Positions 1 through 7,988 of a stretch of DNA of 23,209 bases are shown here, one piece after another (positions within the stretch are counted from its first letter, which is position 1; the number at the start of each line of letters is the position of its first letter). This DNA is from Deltaproteobacteria bacterium (GTDB lineage Bacteria; Myxococcota_A; UBA9160; SMWR01): positions 1 through 23,209 of the forward strand of contig JAQBGU010000064.1 of the NCBI GenBank assembly GCA_032128375.1. Reading direction: 5' to 3'. The notes beneath the pieces are model-generated. The model did not search any database and was not told where the DNA came from. It saw nothing but the letters and a program-made list of their open reading frames with translations. The translations under genes were made by a program, and so were the position numbers.

Positions 1-819
1 TACCAGAGCAAGAACTGGGAAGAGGCGAAGTTCGACGAACAGACCGAATCAGACACTGTGATGGATGACATCGAGGCGATGTTCTCGCTGCGAGGCGCGT
101 CTCGCGAGCAGCTCCGTTTCGTGCCGGACGAACACGGAGGCGCTGTTGCGGGCCAGCTCATCGTTCTGGACCCGGACCGGGAAACCGGCGTCATCGAACG
201 TATCGATTGCACGCGCTTCGGCTCGGGGGCGTACTCCATTCCATCCAGCGTCGAACAGCTGTCGTTCGAGACCGACGCGAAGTTCGTGCTCGCGATCGAG
301 ACGGGCGGTGTCTTCCAACGACTCCAGAACCACAAATTCTGGCAGACCGCGAATTGCATTTTGGTGTCACTGGCGGGTGTCCCGACGCGCGCGACGCGAC
401 GCTTCATTCGGAAACTATCGGACGAGTGCAGGATCCCGGTGTTCGCATTCGTCGATTGCGACCCCTATGGGATCTCCAACATCTATCGCACATTGAAAGT
501 GGGCTCTGGCAACGCCGCCCACCTTTCGCAGTTCTTCTGCGTACCGAACGCCCGATACCTCGGAGTTACCCCCCAGGACATCATCGATTACCAACTCCCC
601 ACTCATCCGCTTCTGGATGTGGATATCAAGCGCGCCAAGGATGCGTTGAGAAACGACCCCTTCTTCAAGACCCACAAGCCGTGGCAGAAGGCGATTGAGC
701 AACTGCTGAAAATGGGTGTCCGCGCCGAGCAACAGGCGCTCGCGAAGTGGGGGCTCAACTACGTGATCGAGGAATACCTTCCGCGAAAACTCGACCAGCA
801 GGCGAACTTCCTACCCTGA
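1..819 (+). CDS. top6A: DNA topoisomerase VI subunit A (Spo11/Top6A family), 5' truncated by window edge
   Basis: Frame is open from base 1 (YQSKNWEEAKFDEQTESDTVMDDIE...). It has the Top6A F..Q.ESD.V.DDIE motif after the catalytic-Tyr region and TOPRIM motifs LAIETGGVFQRL, GVPTRATRRFI, FVDCDPYG.NIY and RAEQQAL. Confidence 0.92.
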   Translation, partial: YQSKNWEEAKFDEQTESDTVMDDIEAMFSLRGASREQLRFVPDEHGGAVAGQLIVLDPDRETGVIERIDCTRFGSGAYSIPSSVEQLSFETDAKFVLAIETGGVFQRLQNHKFWQTANCILVSLAGVPTRATRRFIRKLSDECRIPVFAFVDCDPYGISNIYRTLKVGSGNAAHLSQFFCVPNARYLGVTPQDIIDYQLPTHPLLDVDIKRAKDALRNDPFFKTHKPWQKAIEQLLKMGVRAEQQALAKWGLNYVIEEYLPRKLDQQANFLP

Positions 820-867
820 ATTCAGCATTGTTGGGGTACGCTGCGGCTCCTCGCCAGGAGTGGAGTG

Positions 868-1740
868 ATGAAGGGAATCTTGTTGGCCGGCGGTTCCGGC
901 ACACGCCTGCATCCGATCACATTGGGTGTCAGCAAACAGCTGCTGCCCATCTATGACAAGCCGATGGTCTACTACCCGCTGTCGACGTTGATGTTGGCCG
1001 GAATCCGCGAGATTCTTCTGATCTCCACGCCGGAAGACCTTCCCGCCTATCGCAGACTGCTGGGAGACGGGAGCCGATTCGGAATCGCAATCGACTATGC
1101 GGAACAGCAGAGACCAGAAGGTCTGGCTCAAGCCTTCCTGATTGGTCGCGCTTTCGTCGGCGTCGAGCGTGTTGCGCTCGCGCTGGGTGACAACGTGTTT
1201 TATGGGCACGGCATGCCCGATTCCCTGCGGCGCGCAGCAGCGAGGGAGTTCGGCGCGACGGTGTTCGGTTACTGGGTCAGTGATCCAGAGCGCTACGGCG
1301 TTGTGGAATTCGGTGCGAACGGCGAAGCCATCGGCATCGAGGAGAAGCCGGAGAAGGCGCGATCCAATTATGCGGTCACTGGAATCTATTTCTTTGACAA
1401 TCGCGTGTTGGACATAGCCGCGAATTTGGTGCCGTCGCGGCGCGGAGAACTGGAGATCACTGATGTAAACCTCGCGTACCTCGAGATGGGTGACCTCCAC
1501 GTCGAGCGCTTGGGCCGCGGCGTCGCCTGGCTAGACACGGGAACCAACGAGTCGCTGCTGCAGGCCAGCAACTTCGTCGAGACGCTCCAGGAGCGACAGG
1601 GTCTGAAGATCGCCTGCCTCGAAGAAATTGCGTTCGCTCAGGGATATATCTCGCGCGAGAGGCTCGCTGAACTCGCCGAGCAGATGGGGAACTCGAGCTA
1701 CGGCGCTTACCTTCGTATGATCTCGCAAGAGCACGCCTGA
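868..1740 (+). CDS. rfbA: glucose-1-phosphate thymidylyltransferase (RmlA/RfbA)
   Basis: [51 protein letters not shown] and AWLDTGT motifs. AGGAG RBS precedes ATG 868. Confidence 0.97.
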   Translation: MKGILLAGGSGTRLHPITLGVSKQLLPIYDKPMVYYPLSTLMLAGIREILLISTPEDLPAYRRLLGDGSRFGIAIDYAEQQRPEGLAQAFLIGRAFVGVERVALALGDNVFYGHGMPDSLRRAAAREFGATVFGYWVSDPERYGVVEFGANGEAIGIEEKPEKARSNYAVTGIYFFDNRVLDIAANLVPSRRGELEITDVNLAYLEMGDLHVERLGRGVAWLDTGTNESLLQASNFVETLQERQGLKIACLEEIAFAQGYISRERLAELAEQMGNSSYGAYLRMISQEHA

Positions 1741-1742
1741 TC

Positions 1743-2300
1743 GTGCCGACGTTCGTCGAAACCGCGGTTAGCGGCGTGATCGTCGTGGAGCCAGACGTCC
1801 ACCGCGACGACCGAGGCTTCTTTTTGGAGACGTTTCACGCACCGAAGTACCACGAGGCGGGGATCCGCGAGGGGTTCGTTCAGGACAACCACTCGCGCTC
1901 ATCGCGCGGAACCCTGCGCGGGCTGCACGGCCAGTGCCCGGGCCCGCAGGGGAAGTTGGTGCGTGTTGTCGAGGGGGAAGTCTTCGATGTCGCCGTCGAT
2001 GTCCGCCGCGGCTCGCCGAGTTACGGCCAGCATTTTTCGATCCTGCTATCGGCCGCGAACTTCCGGCAACTGTACGTCCCACCTGGAATTCTGCACGGCT
2101 TCCTGGTCACCAGCGAGATGGCCCAGTTCGAATACAAGTGCACCGATCTGTACAATCCGAATGCAGAGTTCTGTGTCGCATGGAATGACCCAGACATCGG
2201 CATCGAGTGGCCGATCGGATCCCCGACCTTGTCCGAAAAGGACCGCAACGCCCCGAGGTTGAAAGACGTTGCCGACAAGCTGATCGACTACCGTCCATAG
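1743..2300 (+). CDS. rfbC: dTDP-4-dehydrorhamnose 3,5-epimerase (RmlC/RfbC)
   Basis: DDRGFFLE, FVQDNHSRS.RGTLRGLH, GEVFDVAVDVRRGSP, HGF, YKC and WNDPDIGIEWP motifs. Starts 2 nt after the rfbA stop. Confidence 0.96.
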   Translation: MPTFVETAVSGVIVVEPDVHRDDRGFFLETFHAPKYHEAGIREGFVQDNHSRSSRGTLRGLHGQCPGPQGKLVRVVEGEVFDVAVDVRRGSPSYGQHFSILLSAANFRQLYVPPGILHGFLVTSEMAQFEYKCTDLYNPNAEFCVAWNDPDIGIEWPIGSPTLSEKDRNAPRLKDVADKLIDYRP

Positions 2301-2482
2301 ACCGAACGGCAGACTCGAGCAGGCCTGCAGGTTCCGACGGTGCGTCTGGCTCGGCCTAGATGTCCTCTTCTACCTCGCAGTCTTCCGCGTAGGGGTCGGC
2401 GGTCAGCTTGCACGGAGAGCTGCAATAGCTGCAGAAAACTTCCTCGCCGGCCTTCTCGTCGCCACCCAGCGGAAAGTCTGCG

Positions 2483-3598
2483 TCACAGATCGGGCATGTC
2501 AGCTTTGCGAGTCCCATACCCGGAAGATCGGACTGACGTGGCGCCGTCTTGAGGTGAGCCTGCCAGGTGCGATAGCTGTCGCATCGGGGATTCCGAAATC
2601 GGCTCGAAACGCGTCGAGCCTGCCCAACCGGGTGTGGCGCTGAGCCCGCCGCCGGCCTCGATCAGTAGCCCCTCGCAACCCGGCTGCGCGGCGACCCAGG
2701 CGAGTGCGTCGGCTGCATCAGCAACCAGCATCACCTTCGAAAGTGCCTCGGCCAGCACCGCGGTCGGCGCCACGACCAAGGCCTGCCGCTCCCGGAACAG
2801 CGGCTGGCCGCTGCGTGGATCGACGATATGGCCGAAGCGCTTACCTTCGATTTCCACCCACTGACCGAGACTCTCCGAAACAGAGAGCGCTTGATCTCGA
2901 AGCGTGATCAATCCGATGAAATCGCCCGCGGTTCCGCGGACCAGGAGCCTCCAACCGGGTGCGCCGCGCGGCGCACCCACCGCCCAGGTACTGCTCTGGC
3001 CAAAACTCAGCAGAGCGCTCTTGATGCCGCGAGCGCGCAATCGCGGCAACATGCGGTCCAACGCATAGCCCTTGGCGATCCCGCCCAAATTGATCGACAT
3101 TCCCGTTTCGTCGAGCCCAACCTTGCCGTCCGCCATGAAGCGGATTTTTTCCGAACCGACGCGGCTTTTCGCAACCTCGATTTCGGCGTCCGTGGGCACG
3201 CTGCCGCGGTCGGCCGCCTGTATCCAGAGTTCGACCAACGGACCGATGGTTACGTCGAACGTGCCACCGGTACGCCGAGCGTACTCGACCGAGAGTTCGA
3301 GAATCTCACGGACCGATGGGGCGACCTCGATTGGGCTCAGCCCGGCGTTCCGATTCAATCGACTGACATCGCTCGTATCGGAGTAGCTCGAAAGCTGCTC
3401 ATCGAGTTTTCGCGCAACGTCGAATAGCTCTTCGAACGCGGCTCTGGGCAGCCCGCCCGGCAGCGTGACCTCGAGGATCGTGCCCATCGTGTAGCGGCCG
3501 TCGGTGGTCGGTTCTGGGTAGGCGGCCGGCCTCGCGCACGCCGACAGCACGGCGGACAGACCCACTACCGCGCCCGCGACTCGCCCGGCGTAATTCAA
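2483..3598 (-). CDS. apbE: FAD:protein FMN transferase (ApbE family), lipoprotein
   Basis: Lipobox LSAC, then MGT, SDVSRLN, GGTFDVTIGPLVELW, INLGGIAKGYALD and HIVDPRSG motifs. It ends in a low-complexity C-terminal tail. Confidence 0.92.
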   Translation of the reverse strand: MNYAGRVAGAVVGLSAVLSACARPAAYPEPTTDGRYTMGTILEVTLPGGLPRAAFEELFDVARKLDEQLSSYSDTSDVSRLNRNAGLSPIEVAPSVREILELSVEYARRTGGTFDVTIGPLVELWIQAADRGSVPTDAEIEVAKSRVGSEKIRFMADGKVGLDETGMSINLGGIAKGYALDRMLPRLRARGIKSALLSFGQSSTWAVGAPRGAPGWRLLVRGTAGDFIGLITLRDQALSVSESLGQWVEIEGKRFGHIVDPRSGQPLFRERQALVVAPTAVLAEALSKVMLVADAADALAWVAAQPGCEGLLIEAGGGLSATPGWAGSTRFEPISESPMRQLSHLAGSPQDGATSVRSSGYGTRKADMPDL

Positions 3599-4191
3599 GG
3601 CGAGAGAGCGTCTCGCAACTTGGCACCGCCTTGCCTGGCATCTTGGCTGCCGTCTGGGTTGCCGCTTTGGCTGCCGCCGTTTTGGGTGCCGTCTTGCGTT
3701 CCGTCATAGTTTCGTTGTGACCCGGCAAACACCGACCACAGCGAGAGCCCTACCAATACCGCGAGGCTCATCTCGAGCATCAGAAATCCCGCGATCTTCA
3801 GGTACGCGAAATGCGGGCTCGCGAAGCGAACCAGCCAACCAGAGCCCTCCTCGACGAGCGCGGACACGAAAGGCACGACGATCAGCCAAATCTTGATGTT
3901 GCTTCTGACCGGGATGAACAGCATCAGATGAGTGAGCACCAACAACAGCATTCCCATCGCGAACAAATGAAAGTGCGAAACCTCGAGCAATCCCTCGTAG
4001 CTACGTGGCGACAAGAACAGGTCTTCCGAACCGAGGTAGTAATCGACGACAGAAGCGGCGGTCAGGCCCATCTTGCTGAAATACAGCAGCCCATTGGTCA
4101 GCCACAAACCGACGACGTAGGTGGCGTACAACGCGACGATCGTCTGCAACAGATGATTTCGCGTCCACTCTCCGGTGATGACGAAACGCAC
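3595..4191 (-). CDS. hypothetical integral membrane protein (about 4 TM helices, HxH...H motif), ApbE/FMN-binding cluster
   Basis: Several hydrophobic segments and SHFHLFAMGMLLLVLTH. It is translationally coupled to its neighbours (1 nt gap upstream, 4 nt overlap downstream). Confidence 0.8.
   Translation of the reverse strand: MRFVITGEWTRNHLLQTIVALYATYVVGLWLTNGLLYFSKMGLTAASVVDYYLGSEDLFLSPRSYEGLLEVSHFHLFAMGMLLLVLTHLMLFIPVRSNIKIWLIVVPFVSALVEEGSGWLVRFASPHFAYLKIAGFLMLEMSLAVLVGLSLWSVFAGSQRNYDGTQDGTQNGGSQSGNPDGSQDARQGGAKLRDALSP
3620..3705 (-). repeat. degenerate about 12-nt tandem repeats encoding a DGTQ/DGSQ-like low-complexity tail
   Basis: Minus strand GACGGAACGCAA GACGGCACCCAA AACGGCGGCAGCCAA AGCGGCAACCCA GACGGCAGCCAA GATGCCAGGCAA. 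Confidence 0.6.
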
Positions 4192-4192
4192 G

Positions 4193-4741
4193 CTATAGCC
4201 GGTTCTGGATCAGGACCTCGTAGAACGCCAGCGCGCGACGCACTCCACGCGTCGTCGCGCGCGCCGACAAGGTCGCTCCGACGACACCATGGACATCACC
4301 ACCAAGCCGGAGCGGGGCGTCCTTCGACTTGTTGTCGAACTGAGAATACCAGCGATTCGTAGGCTTGTATTCCAATGGCTCGTGAAACGCCAGCACCCGA
4401 AGTGATCTCACCTCGCCCTCAGGCGTCAATACGACCATGAATGCTTCGGGCAGAGTGCGAACGTTGTGAATGTCGATCAGCGCGTACCCGATGACACTTC
4501 CAGCGCGGACTGCCTTGTATATCTTTACGAGTTTCGACTCGAGCGGGCACTGCGCGATGCTCTGGATACGATCGGTCTGCTGTTGGTCCAGAACGAAGGT
4601 CTCCGAAGCGACCTCGTCAGCATCAGGAAAGGCCAACTCCAGCGCTTCGGTGCTCGAATAAAAGACCTTCGCCTTTGCGCCGGTGCTGCCAGTGAGCACC
4701 GCCAACAGTGTGATCGCGCCGATGATGAGCCTAGAAGACAA
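4193..4741 (-). CDS. secreted FMN-binding (flavinylated) domain protein
   Basis: Signal peptide (…GAKA), VLAFHEP.EY motif, and a flavinylation-like motif DVHGVVGATLS near the C-terminus. Lies two genes from apbE. Confidence 0.85.
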   Translation of the reverse strand: MSSRLIIGAITLLAVLTGSTGAKAKVFYSSTEALELAFPDADEVASETFVLDQQQTDRIQSIAQCPLESKLVKIYKAVRAGSVIGYALIDIHNVRTLPEAFMVVLTPEGEVRSLRVLAFHEPLEYKPTNRWYSQFDNKSKDAPLRLGGDVHGVVGATLSARATTRGVRRALAFYEVLIQNRL

Positions 4742-6173
4742 ACCCTACTCCCATGTTGAACTCGTCCGGCAGCGTTCCGGACTCGGCCTTGCGACCGCGA
4801 TAGTCGGCCTTGATGACCACATTCGGAATCGGCTTGAACGAGACACCGAAGGTGTAGATCTCGATTTCCTTGGACTTGTTCTTGGAGAATCCGCTCGGGA
4901 GGTCGCGCTGGGTGTCGTAGTACTCGATGCGGAAGAACGGCTCGAGCGACTTCTCGGTGTCGGGGAAGAGCTGAGGGAGCACGTCGTAGGCCAGTTCTCC
5001 GTACACTCCGAGCATTTCGCCGCCGACCGCTTCGCCGAGTTTCAAATCACCCGTCCCGCCGCCGAGCCCTTTGGGCCCAAGAGCCGACGTCAGCGCTGCG
5101 TTGTCTCCGATATCGGCCATCGTAAACAAAGTACGCGCGTGCCAGCCGTCGTTCTCGTACTGCGCGTGGAGTTCCCAGACCGTCGTCGGGGTCTCCGGGA
5201 TATCGACATCGTAAGCAGCGAAACCCGGCCCGGAAGACACATCGATATTCTGGTTCTGTCCCGATTTACCGTGGTAAACAGAACCGCCGATCAGCAGCTC
5301 CGGAAGCGGCGTCCACTCGAGCTTCGCAACGAGCGCCAGGTGCTCGGCGAGGGCGCGATTGCCGTCTTGCCGGCCGCTGCGAAGACCGGACGCATCGAAG
5401 CCTGCCCCGTTGAAGCCATTGATCACGTACGCCTCGTAGCGGACCTGCTCTGCGATCGCCCCGAAGAGACCGACGCCGGCTTCACGCCACGTCGACGGGA
5501 TGATCATACGCTCCACCTCGGGTCGGTTGACACCGAAGTAGAACGGCGGCTCGTGGATCTCGTTGATGATGCCCATCGGGACGAGCAGTAGCCCCGCCCG
5601 GAAGTTCACCCAGTCCTTCCACATGAAATCGAGCTGCGCGAACTCGACCGACACACTGCCGTCACCCGAAGACTGCGTCGACTCTGTCGTTGCGTGTTCG
5701 AACTCGATTTCCGCGTTGAATATGATTCTATCGGTGAACTTGTATCCGGTGTACAAGATGAACCGCAGCAGGTCGGCTCTATCCTTGTCGCCACCGTCGT
5801 CGTCGACGAGCTTGCGGTAGAAGCCCTCGCCGTACCCGCCGATCGACAGGCCGTGCGCGAGGTCGTAGATCTTCGATGCACCTGGCGCGTGACCGAACCT
5901 CGCCGACATCACGTCGTCGTCTGGGATCGCCATGTCACGGCGCGTCCTTTCGAGTTCATCTGCCAGGACACTCACCGTGCGTTCGAGTTCCGCGATGCGG
6001 TCGTCTTGAGCCCTGGCTCGGTCGTCTGCGGCGTCGGCAGCCGCGCTCGAAGCCGTCGCCAATGTGGCGAGCAGCACCCAGCCCAGCGCGGACCGTCGAA
6101 TTGCCTCCGATCCGCTCCCACCGCCAACCCGCCGGATCGCGGGCGTTTGGGTTCGGAACCCGGCGGTCATCAT
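4731..6173 (-). CDS. outer-membrane beta-barrel/porin-like protein with N-terminal coiled coil (start codon uncertain)
   Basis: Signal peptide (…SSAAA) and coiled-coil segment (RIAELERTVSVLADEL). Amphipathic beta-strand motifs IGGYGE, RFILYTGYKFTDRIIFNAEIEFEH and VEFAQLD, with a C-terminal GVGFVF barrel signature. The ORF track extends to 6350, but the ATG near 6173 fits the signal peptide better. Confidence 0.8.
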   Translation of the reverse strand: MMTAGFRTQTPAIRRVGGGSGSEAIRRSALGWVLLATLATASSAAADAADDRARAQDDRIAELERTVSVLADELERTRRDMAIPDDDVMSARFGHAPGASKIYDLAHGLSIGGYGEGFYRKLVDDDGGDKDRADLLRFILYTGYKFTDRIIFNAEIEFEHATTESTQSSGDGSVSVEFAQLDFMWKDWVNFRAGLLLVPMGIINEIHEPPFYFGVNRPEVERMIIPSTWREAGVGLFGAIAEQVRYEAYVINGFNGAGFDASGLRSGRQDGNRALAEHLALVAKLEWTPLPELLIGGSVYHGKSGQNQNIDVSSGPGFAAYDVDIPETPTTVWELHAQYENDGWHARTLFTMADIGDNAALTSALGPKGLGGGTGDLKLGEAVGGEMLGVYGELAYDVLPQLFPDTEKSLEPFFRIEYYDTQRDLPSGFSKNKSKEIEIYTFGVSFKPIPNVVIKADYRGRKAESGTLPDEFNMGVGFVF

Positions 6174-6174
6174 T

Positions 6175-6210
6175 TTTTCCGAAATCTTTTTCGAAATCTT
6201 TTCCGAAATC
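6175..6210. repeat. 3 x 12-bp tandem repeat TTTT(C/T)CGAAATC
   Basis: ttttccgaaatc-tttttcgaaatc-ttttccgaaatc, directly upstream of the ATG at 6173. Confidence 0.9.
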
Positions 6211-6350
6211 AGTAGTGTCATCAATTCGTCATGAAAATTGGGCAACCGGCCTCGAGGGGCGCTCGCTTCCAGCCTGGTACCGGCCCAACCCGCGTTCATC
6301 GCTCCGTTGTAGCCCCCCTGGGGGCGAATTGGTCGTCGATTGGTCGCCAA

Positions 6351-6377
6351 TGAAAATGAAAATCACATTCAATTTCA
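6351..6377. promoter_or_regulatory. Fur box (extended)
   Basis: GAAAATGAAAATCACATTC at 6352-6370 matches 14/19 of GATAATGATAATCATTATC. It sits in an extended AT-rich inverted repeat TGAAAATGAAAAT-C-ACATTCAATTTCA, between fur and the porin gene. Confidence 0.8.
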
Positions 6378-6387
6378 ATTTGGCCCC

Positions 6388-6417
6388 AAACTAGCGGGCT
6401 GTTGACTCAACTGTCAA
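6388..6417 (-). promoter_or_regulatory. sigma70-type promoter for the porin-FMN-ApbE operon
   Basis: Minus strand TTGACA (6417-6412), N18, TAGTTT (6393-6388). The Fur box lies just downstream of the predicted start site. Confidence 0.6.
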
Positions 6418-6537
6418 CAGGGATGCGCCGGATCAGAACCTCGCGCAAGTCATGATCGCGCCATCGATGCCGCACAAGGTGGGACCAGGGCCCGGACGAC
6501 ATCGGTTCAGAACCTGGGTCGGAAGGGTGGCGCTGGT

Positions 6538-6972
6538 CTATCGGTCCGGTTCGCAGTCCGAGCAGTGCCCGTAGAGTTCGTGGCGATGCCGGAGCACGCG
6601 AAACCGGTAGCGATTCGCAATGTCCTGCTGTGCGGATTCGATCATCGAACACTCGAATTCGATGATCTTGCCACAACGCAAGCACACGAGATGATCGTGG
6701 TGTTCCTGCTCGATTTCGTAGCGCGTGATTCCGTCGTCGAAATGCCGTTCCACCGCCAGCCCGGCTTCGCACAGCAGCTTCATCGTGCGATAAACCGTGG
6801 TATAGCCGATATTCTCGTGTTTCTCGCGAACGCGGTTGTAGATCTCCTCTCCGGTAATGTGCCCACTGGCTTCCAGGAAAATCTCGAGCACAGCCTCGCG
6901 CTGGCGGGTGTGCTTGAGATTGTGGTCTTCGAGGTATTGAGTGAGCGATCGCTGCTCTACGTCGTGCGGCAT
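6538..6972 (-). CDS. fur: ferric uptake regulator, Fur family
   Basis: TRQREAVL, HITGEEIY, IGYTTVYRTMKLL, HHDHLVCLRCGKIIEF and HELYGHCSDC motifs. Confidence 0.93.
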   Translation of the reverse strand: MPHDVEQRSLTQYLEDHNLKHTRQREAVLEIFLEASGHITGEEIYNRVREKHENIGYTTVYRTMKLLCEAGLAVERHFDDGITRYEIEQEHHDHLVCLRCGKIIEFECSMIESAQQDIANRYRFRVLRHRHELYGHCSDCEPDR

Positions 6973-7062
6973 GATCCAAAAGTAATCGACTGCTGCCGGC
7001 GATACAACGAATTGTCGGCAGCACAGAGGGGGTGTTGCCGCGATGGCGTCGTGAGGGCGCAG

Positions 7063-7545
7063 CTAGAGCGTCGCCAGCAGATCCTCGGCGAGCCCGGCGA
7101 CGATGCTGTCGCGTCCGTCGACCAGGATGCGAAGTTGCGAGCGCAAGCCACCGCTCCCCTTCAGCTTCTCACCCGACGCGCTCTGGCGATGCAACGATTC
7201 CAATACCCCGACCATCAGCTCGGAATCGTCGCTGTCCAGAAACATTCCGATCAATGCGGGCTGCGACGGGAACCCCGCCGCGTCCCGGTAGGCATGGCAT
7301 GCATCGACCAGATCCTCCGTTCCGTGCGCGGCGCGCAGTGCGGCTTCCAGTTCTTCCCGCTTTGCGACGGGTTTGGCGAACAGGCCGTCGAGCTTCTTCA
7401 AGTACCGGTTCGAAGCCTGCTCTTGCTGGAATTTCGAGACGCCCGACTGTCGATTTTCGTCACGACCGCCGCCCTCGCGACGCCGCCGATCCCGCTCGCT
7501 GAACGAGAGTTTGTCCCCATCATCAAAGCTTCGGTCTCGACTCAT
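7063..7545 (-). CDS. hypothetical protein
   Basis: 160 aa ORF overlapping the upstream TPR gene by 4 nt. Charged N-terminus and helical C-terminal half. No family recognised. Confidence 0.7.
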   Translation of the reverse strand: MSRDRSFDDGDKLSFSERDRRRREGGGRDENRQSGVSKFQQEQASNRYLKKLDGLFAKPVAKREELEAALRAAHGTEDLVDACHAYRDAAGFPSQPALIGMFLDSDDSELMVGVLESLHRQSASGEKLKGSGGLRSQLRILVDGRDSIVAGLAEDLLATL

Positions 7546-7901
7546 TGCGGCGAACTGCTTCGCCCGGCGGATTCGACCGCTCGAAGGTTCTCGGCCGCTG
7601 CTTCATTGGTGCAGTCGAGATCTACCGCGCGCCGAAACGCCAGCTGCGCGTCGACGCCCCGGCCGGCGGCCTGATAGGCGAGACCCAAATGGTTCTGAAC
7701 CTCGGAGGCTTTCGGCACGAGTTCGGCAGCCCGTTCGAGCTGCGTGATCGCGATGGAATTCTCACCGCGATCCAGCGCTTCAGTGCCACTGTGATACAAG
7801 CGCGCTCCTTGAAACGACGCACACCCAAGCGACGCGAGCGCGATGATTCCAACCAGCCAGCGCGCCGCTACGTGCATGTTCGCAATCTGAATCGATGCCA
7901 T
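7542..7901 (-). CDS. tetratricopeptide repeat lipoprotein (start may be 7877)
   Basis: Lipobox-like ASLGC and TPR motifs AITQLERAAELVP..SEVQNHLGLAY and AFRRAVDLD. Confidence 0.8.
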   Translation of the reverse strand: MASIQIANMHVAARWLVGIIALASLGCASFQGARLYHSGTEALDRGENSIAITQLERAAELVPKASEVQNHLGLAYQAAGRGVDAQLAFRRAVDLDCTNEAAAENLRAVESAGRSSSPQ

Positions 7902-7988
7902 CGTTAGCGTTGTACCGGTCTCGCAAAGAGACTGCAATGGTTGCAGGTGGGGCTGCCGACCGGGCTGGGATCATCGCGCGCCGCTGAA

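Noticed and set aside
4683..5591. 302-aa plus-strand ORF
   Set aside because: Antisense shadow of the porin gene in GC-rich DNA, with no recognisable motifs.
6175..6210. Short repeats considered as a CRISPR array
   Set aside because: The units are contiguous 12-mers without spacers, and there are no cas genes in the window.
6174..6350. N-terminal extension of the porin ORF to 6350
   Set aside because: It would place about 60 extra residues before the signal peptide and starts at a TTG at the edge of the Fur box. More likely leader sequence.
6991..7023. Hairpin TGCTGCCG…CGGCAGCA upstream of fur
   Set aside because: A real inverted repeat, but it has no U-tract and pairs better on the non-coding strand. 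No function can be assigned.
6565..7674. 369-aa plus-strand ORF
   Set aside because: Antisense to fur and two other coupled genes that have clearer signatures.
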